A DNA stretch of 64,000 bases from Fidelibacterota bacterium (lineage in GTDB: Bacteria > Fidelibacterota > Marinisomatia > Marinisomatales > TCS55). The stretch is from positions 20,384 to 84,383 of the forward strand of contig JABGTK010000004.1 of assembly GCA_018647265.1 (NCBI GenBank), in the 5' to 3' direction. Position 1 is the stretch's first letter. Each line of letters begins with the position of its first letter. The notes under the pieces were generated by a model that was not told where the DNA came from, made no database searches, and saw only the letters and a list, made by a program, of their open reading frames with translations. Both the position numbers and the translations under genes were made by a program. This document shows positions 60,582 through 64,000 of this stretch, piece by piece.

Positions 60582-61328
60582 ATGACTGTTTTAACATACA
60601 CAATTCTTAGCGTACTTATGGTAAGCCTCGTCTCTCTAGTGGGACTTGTAACTCTATCTATATCCCGAAAACTATTGGATCGAATTATGACCTATTTGGT
60701 CAGTTTTGCCACGGGGAGCCTTTTCGGCGGTGCGCTGATTCATTTACTGCCAGAAGCTTTTGCCTCTGCGTCAAATCCCCTTCATGTTTCACTGTGGACA
60801 ATCGGTGGGCTCGCTACCTTTTTCGTTATGGAAAAGTTTTTCCGCTGGCGTCATTGTCACCATCCTACCACAAATGAACATGTTCATCCAATTGTCCCGA
60901 TGAATATTTTTGGCGATGCCATGCATAATTTTATTGATGGTGTACTTATTGCAATTAGCTATTCCGCCAGCATTCCTTTGGGAGTAGCCACAACTGTGGC
61001 AGTACTTTTTCATGAAATTCCACAGGAAATCAGTGATTATTCAATCTTGATTAATGGGGGATTATCAGTAAAGAAAGCATTGATGGTTAACCTTATGAGC
61101 GCATCTTTGGCAATGGTGGGTGCGTTATTCGCCCTCCAAATGGGAAAGAGCATTACTGGATTTACCGATGCGTTGGTACCCATTACCGCCGGTGGATTTC
61201 TCTATATCGCCGGTTCTGATCTTATCCCAGAGCTTCATCATAATACGGATGCGAAAAAGTCATTCATCCAATTGTTGATGCTCGTTGCTGGTGTGGCAGT
61301 CATGACCTTTTTGGCTGTGAAATTCTAA
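60582..61328 (+). CDS. ZIP-family divalent metal transporter (ZupT-like)
   Basis: Eight TM helices, His-rich loop (RHCHHPTTNEHVHP), and conserved HEIPQE and HNFIDG motifs. Confidence 0.82.
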   Translation: MTVLTYTILSVLMVSLVSLVGLVTLSISRKLLDRIMTYLVSFATGSLFGGALIHLLPEAFASASNPLHVSLWTIGGLATFFVMEKFFRWRHCHHPTTNEHVHPIVPMNIFGDAMHNFIDGVLIAISYSASIPLGVATTVAVLFHEIPQEISDYSILINGGLSVKKALMVNLMSASLAMVGALFALQMGKSITGFTDALVPITAGGFLYIAGSDLIPELHHNTDAKKSFIQLLMLVAGVAVMTFLAVKF

Positions 61329-61372
61329 ATATTTTCGTCTGAAGCCATTATAATGAAAGTGTAATTTTATCC

Positions 61373-62495
61373 ATGGAATTGTTCGATTTAAAAGATCAAT
61401 ACGCTGCCGCGAAGAAAAAATGCTCAGAATTGCGGAGGTACCTTTGACCTGTCCACAAAAGGGTCTGATTTAGAAAAATTGCGTCAAGCGTCCGCCGTAC
61501 CTGATTTCTGGAATGATAACGCGGCGGCTTCAGCACTCCTGAAAAAAATATCCCTTTTGGAAAAAGAGATCACACTGTGGCAAGAATTAGATACGGCACA
61601 AGGCGATGTAGAGGTACTTTTAGAATTTGCAGATGCGGGTGAATCATCCTTAGAAGAAGTGCATACTGAATTACAAAAATTCGTTACGACCATCGAAGAT
61701 CTAGAACTGAAGATGATCCTCGGCGATCCAGAAGATACGCAAGATGCCATCATAACGATTCATCCCGGGGCAGGGGGAACAGAAAGCCAAGATTGGGCGG
61801 AGATGCTTTATCGTATGTATAACCGCTGGATCGAGCGTAAGGGGTTTAAAAAAGAGATTATGGATTATCAGCCCGGCGATGAAGCTGGGATCAAAGATAT
61901 TACTATAGAGATCAAGGGCGATTACGCTTATGGGTTATTGAAAGCAGAAGCGGGTGTCCACCGTTTGGTGCGGATATCACCATTTGATTCCAACAGCCGG
62001 CGCCATACATCTTTTGTATCCGTATTTGTCTATCCTTCTACAGAGGATGAAATTGAAATTGAAATTGATCAAGGCGATCTAAGAATTGATACTTATCGTG
62101 CCAGCGGGGCCGGAGGCCAACACGTAAATAAAACTGACTCGGCCATCCGAATTACCCATATTCCATCAGGAATTGTTGTCCAGTGCCAAAACGAACGAAG
62201 CCAGCATAAGAACAAAGCATCGGCGATGAAAGTTCTTAAAGCGCGGCTTTACCAAGCGGAAGTGGAAAAAGAAAAAGAAGCCATGAAGGACTTAGAAAAT
62301 ACAAAAATGGATATCGCCTGGGGTAGCCAGATTCGGTCCTATGTTTTCCATCCTTATAATATGGTGAAGGACCATCGCACTAAAGAAGAGACTGGGAATG
62401 TTTCGGCGGTGATGGATGGGGATATTGATAAATTTATTCGTGCCTTTTTGATGAATCAACTGGGCGAACGGAAAGAAATTCCAGAAGAAGTCTAA
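61373..62495 (+). CDS. prfB: Peptide chain release factor 2, needing a programmed +1 frameshift: join(61373..61444, 61446..62495)
   Basis: Frame 0 reads MELFDLKDQYAAAKKKCSELRRYL and stops at TGA 61445-61447. The +1 frame continues DLSTKGSDLEKLRQASAVPDFWND... and carries the SPF and GGQHVNKT motifs. Confidence 0.93.
61434..61448 (+). promoter_or_regulatory. prfB +1 frameshift site (internal SD-like GGAGG, then CTT TGA C)
   Basis: The sequence GGAGG TAC CTT TGA C matches the canonical RF2 autoregulatory site (SD-like, short spacer, CUU UGA C). Confidence 0.88.
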
Positions 62496-62535
62496 GTCAT
62501 TATTCGTTTATTTTCTTTATAAGGTGGGGAGAAGA

Positions 62536-63174
62536 ATGGCCGAATTCAAAACATACAAACATAATCCGCCCCATTTATTTAAGTCTAATGCAAAATATTT
62601 TATAACTGCTTCTACTTTTGAAGGGGAGCCATTTTTAAGGTTATCAACGGCAAAAGAAATACTGTATTCTTCTCTGCAAATCGAGTTTACTAAATACCAT
62701 TGGGAGATTGAAGATTGGGTGATTTTGGATAATCACTACCATTTAATGGTGAATGCTCCCGAAGACTCAACCACACTACTAACTATTTTTAAAGAAGCAC
62801 ATCGTTTTACGGCCTTGTGGATTAAAAAGAATCTAAATATTCTATTAAATAATTTAGAATCCAATAATTTTAATATCGATACTTTGGAGTCTAATATTTT
62901 GGAGTTCGATACTTTGGAGTCCATCAACAGTGTTGATGGAGAATTAACATGGTTAAACTTGAAAAACGAATTAACACGGTTAATTCAGTCCAAAAAAGTT
63001 TTTTATAATTATTGGGATACCTGTATCACTTATGAGAATTCATATTTTACCCGATTAAATTATATTTGGTATAATCCCGTTAAACATGGGTACGTGGATT
63101 CGCCGGAGAAATGGGTGATCACAGAGATTATACAAAACCCAAAATATTCAGACCTGTTATTATTCGAGATATAA
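62536..63174 (+). CDS. IS200/RAYT-like HUH Y1 transposase-family protein (COG1943-like) with an internal repeat insertion; integrity uncertain
   Basis: HUH motif (LDNHYHLMV), then YWDTCI and YIWYNPVKHGYV (catalytic Tyr region). ATG 62536 is preceded by AAGGTGGGGA. About 50 aa of low-complexity repeat lies between the motifs, and the C-terminus is atypical. Confidence 0.55.
   Translation: MAEFKTYKHNPPHLFKSNAKYFITASTFEGEPFLRLSTAKEILYSSLQIEFTKYHWEIEDWVILDNHYHLMVNAPEDSTTLLTIFKEAHRFTALWIKKNLNILLNNLESNNFNIDTLESNILEFDTLESINSVDGELTWLNLKNELTRLIQSKKVFYNYWDTCITYENSYFTRLNYIWYNPVKHGYVDSPEKWVITEIIQNPKYSDLLLFEI
62878..62922 (+). repeat. In-frame 15-nt tandem repeat, 3 units (GATACTTTGGAGTCT / AATATTTTGGAGTTC / GATACTTTGGAGTCC)
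   Basis: Read directly from the sequence. It encodes DTLES-NILEF-DTLES. Weaker 5-aa periodicity extends upstream from about 62848 (NLES NNFNI). Confidence 0.8.
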
Positions 63175-63503
63175 AGAAATTTACGCAGATATTATAAAAG
63201 CAAATATGCGTACAGCCGGTATGTCTAGACACCGATATTTTGAATTGTTAGAAATTTGTAAATAGCTTCCAACTAAAGCCACCTTTGCGGAAGGTGCCAT
63301 TTTAATTACAACGAATAGCGATTTATCAGAACGATAGATTTAAGGCGTATCTAGAGCTTTCCAATAGTCATGCAATATCTGCCCTTCTATAGGTGAATCA
63401 CTGGTATTTTCCTCATCAAAAACTTTTGCCTAATTCATAAAAAAGACCTAAATTACGACCATAATATAGACCGGTATTTAAACCTAAAAATAAGGTGATT
63501 GAA

Positions 63504-63755
63504 ATGAAAAATGTTTTGGCAAACTGTTCTGCAAGCATATCAGAATTAAAAAATAACCCTAGTGCGCTTATTGACCAGTCCGATGGAGAACCTATTGCGA
63601 TCCTCAATCATAATAAACCAACAGCTTACCTAATTCCTGCAAAAACATATGAAGATTTGTTAGAAGGGATTGAAGATTATCAACTGGGAATCATTGTGAA
63701 AGAAAGGCAAAATGAAAAAATATTAGCTGTAGAAGTTGATATTGATGAATTATAA
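63504..63755 (+). CDS. Type II antitoxin, Phd/YefM family
   Basis: ISELKNNPSALIDQSDGEPIAILNHNKPTAYLIP...YEDLLE is the Phd/YefM N-terminal fold pattern. ATG 63504 has AAGGTGA upstream. Confidence 0.8.
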   Translation: MKNVLANCSASISELKNNPSALIDQSDGEPIAILNHNKPTAYLIPAKTYEDLLEGIEDYQLGIIVKERQNEKILAVEVDIDEL

Positions 63756-64000
63756 ACTGAAATTTCTTCCAACGGCACTTAAAGAGTGGAAAAAACTGGA
63801 TAATTCCATTCAGTCCCAATTAAAAAAGAAATTAAAAGAACGGCTTGAAAATCCACATGTGAAATCCAGTCAGCTCAGGGGATTTAAAAACCATTATAAA
63901 ATAAAACTTAGATCGCGGGGTTATCGTCTTGTTTATGAAGTAATAGATAATGAATTATACATTCTGGTCATCGCCATCGGGAAACGGAGCAAGGACTCAG
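63745..64000 (+). CDS. Type II toxin, RelE/StbE (ParE superfamily), 3'-partial at the window end
   Basis: ATG 63745 overlaps the antitoxin end by 11 nt. Translation is MNYKLKFLPTALKEWKKLDNSIQSQLKKKLKERLENPHV...GYRLVYEVIDNELYILVIAIGKRSKD, the RelE/StbE pattern. Confidence 0.8.
   Translation, partial: MNYKLKFLPTALKEWKKLDNSIQSQLKKKLKERLENPHVKSSQLRGFKNHYKIKLRSRGYRLVYEVIDNELYILVIAIGKRSKDS

Noticed and set aside
62848-62922. Short tandem repeats considered as a possible CRISPR or minisatellite locus
   Set aside because: The units are only 15 nt, directly adjacent with no spacers, and in frame within a coding sequence. This is a coding tandem repeat, not a CRISPR array.
63206-63265. 19-codon ORF MRTAGMSRHRYFELLEICK, considered as an HTH gene remnant
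   Set aside because: It is too short and has no start context. I mention it only as a hint of degenerate sequence, not as a feature.
63416-63607. 63-aa ORF on the - strand
   Set aside because: It overlaps the well-supported Phd/YefM antitoxin start and its SD. Its hydrophobic low-complexity sequence is likely spurious.
1-64000. Search for tRNA, rRNA, tmRNA, CRISPR arrays, IS inverted repeats and prophage genes
   Set aside because: No T-loop-like GGTTCGAATCC occurs outside coding sequence. I saw no long non-coding stretch, no repeat-spacer array, and no integrase or phage structural genes. The scan was by eye only.

Overview
The window is a gene-dense, moderately AT-rich bacterial chromosome segment. 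Almost all genes are on the + strand, many with 1-20 nt overlaps, and most encode core housekeeping functions. I saw no rRNA, tRNA or CRISPR array.

Gene content, in order:
- rpsA (5'-partial), a YbbR-domain protein, tsaD, a VWA membrane protein, ugd, rfbC, serS, plsC, a DUF2851-like protein, rfaE2, an MltD-like LysM transglycosylase, sppA, HU/IHF.
- An unlisted 31-aa arginine/lysine-rich ORF that resembles ribosomal protein bS22.
- An S1/P1-like nuclease, xseAB, nadK, and on the - strand a CoA-binding protein and a proline dehydrogenase.
- A roughly 17 kb respiratory block. It holds an 11-subunit nuoABCDHIJKLMN operon with no nuoEFG, followed after a 33-nt gap by nqrABCDEF-apbE, with nqrM convergent.
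- An ArsB/NhaD-type transporter, a PduO-type adenosyltransferase, nrnA, ispH-pdxS-pdxT-dxs, cstA, and a methylmalonyl-CoA mutase large subunit.
- A System I cytochrome c maturation cluster: ccmE, ccmF, a mini CcmI-like gene, ccmABC, and an unlisted ccmD. The CcmE heme-binding His is replaced by Cys (CXXXY).
- An archaeal-type (class II) GAPDH homologue, an MBL hydrolase, and metF.
- The conserved string tilS-hpt-ftsH ... folP-cdaA, which is interrupted by a small - strand islet encoding an XRE regulator and small membrane proteins, one of them apparently frameshifted.
- A ZIP transporter, and prfB with its programmed +1 frameshift.
- An accessory-looking right edge: an IS200/RAYT-like HUH protein carrying an in-frame 15-nt tandem repeat, and a Phd/YefM-RelE toxin-antitoxin pair cut off by the window end.

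The EFG-less nuo operon, NQR, the bS22-like peptide and the DUF2851-like protein suggest an FCB-group organism (Bacteroidota, Ignavibacteriota or Marinimicrobia-like). This is an inference only.

I do not see a convincing large novel multi-gene system. The observations most worth follow-up are the variant CcmE/System I cluster, the fused nuo-nqr block, the bS22-like micro-ORF, the bacterial class II GAPDH homologue, the XRE/membrane islet, and the repeat-bearing RAYT-like gene.
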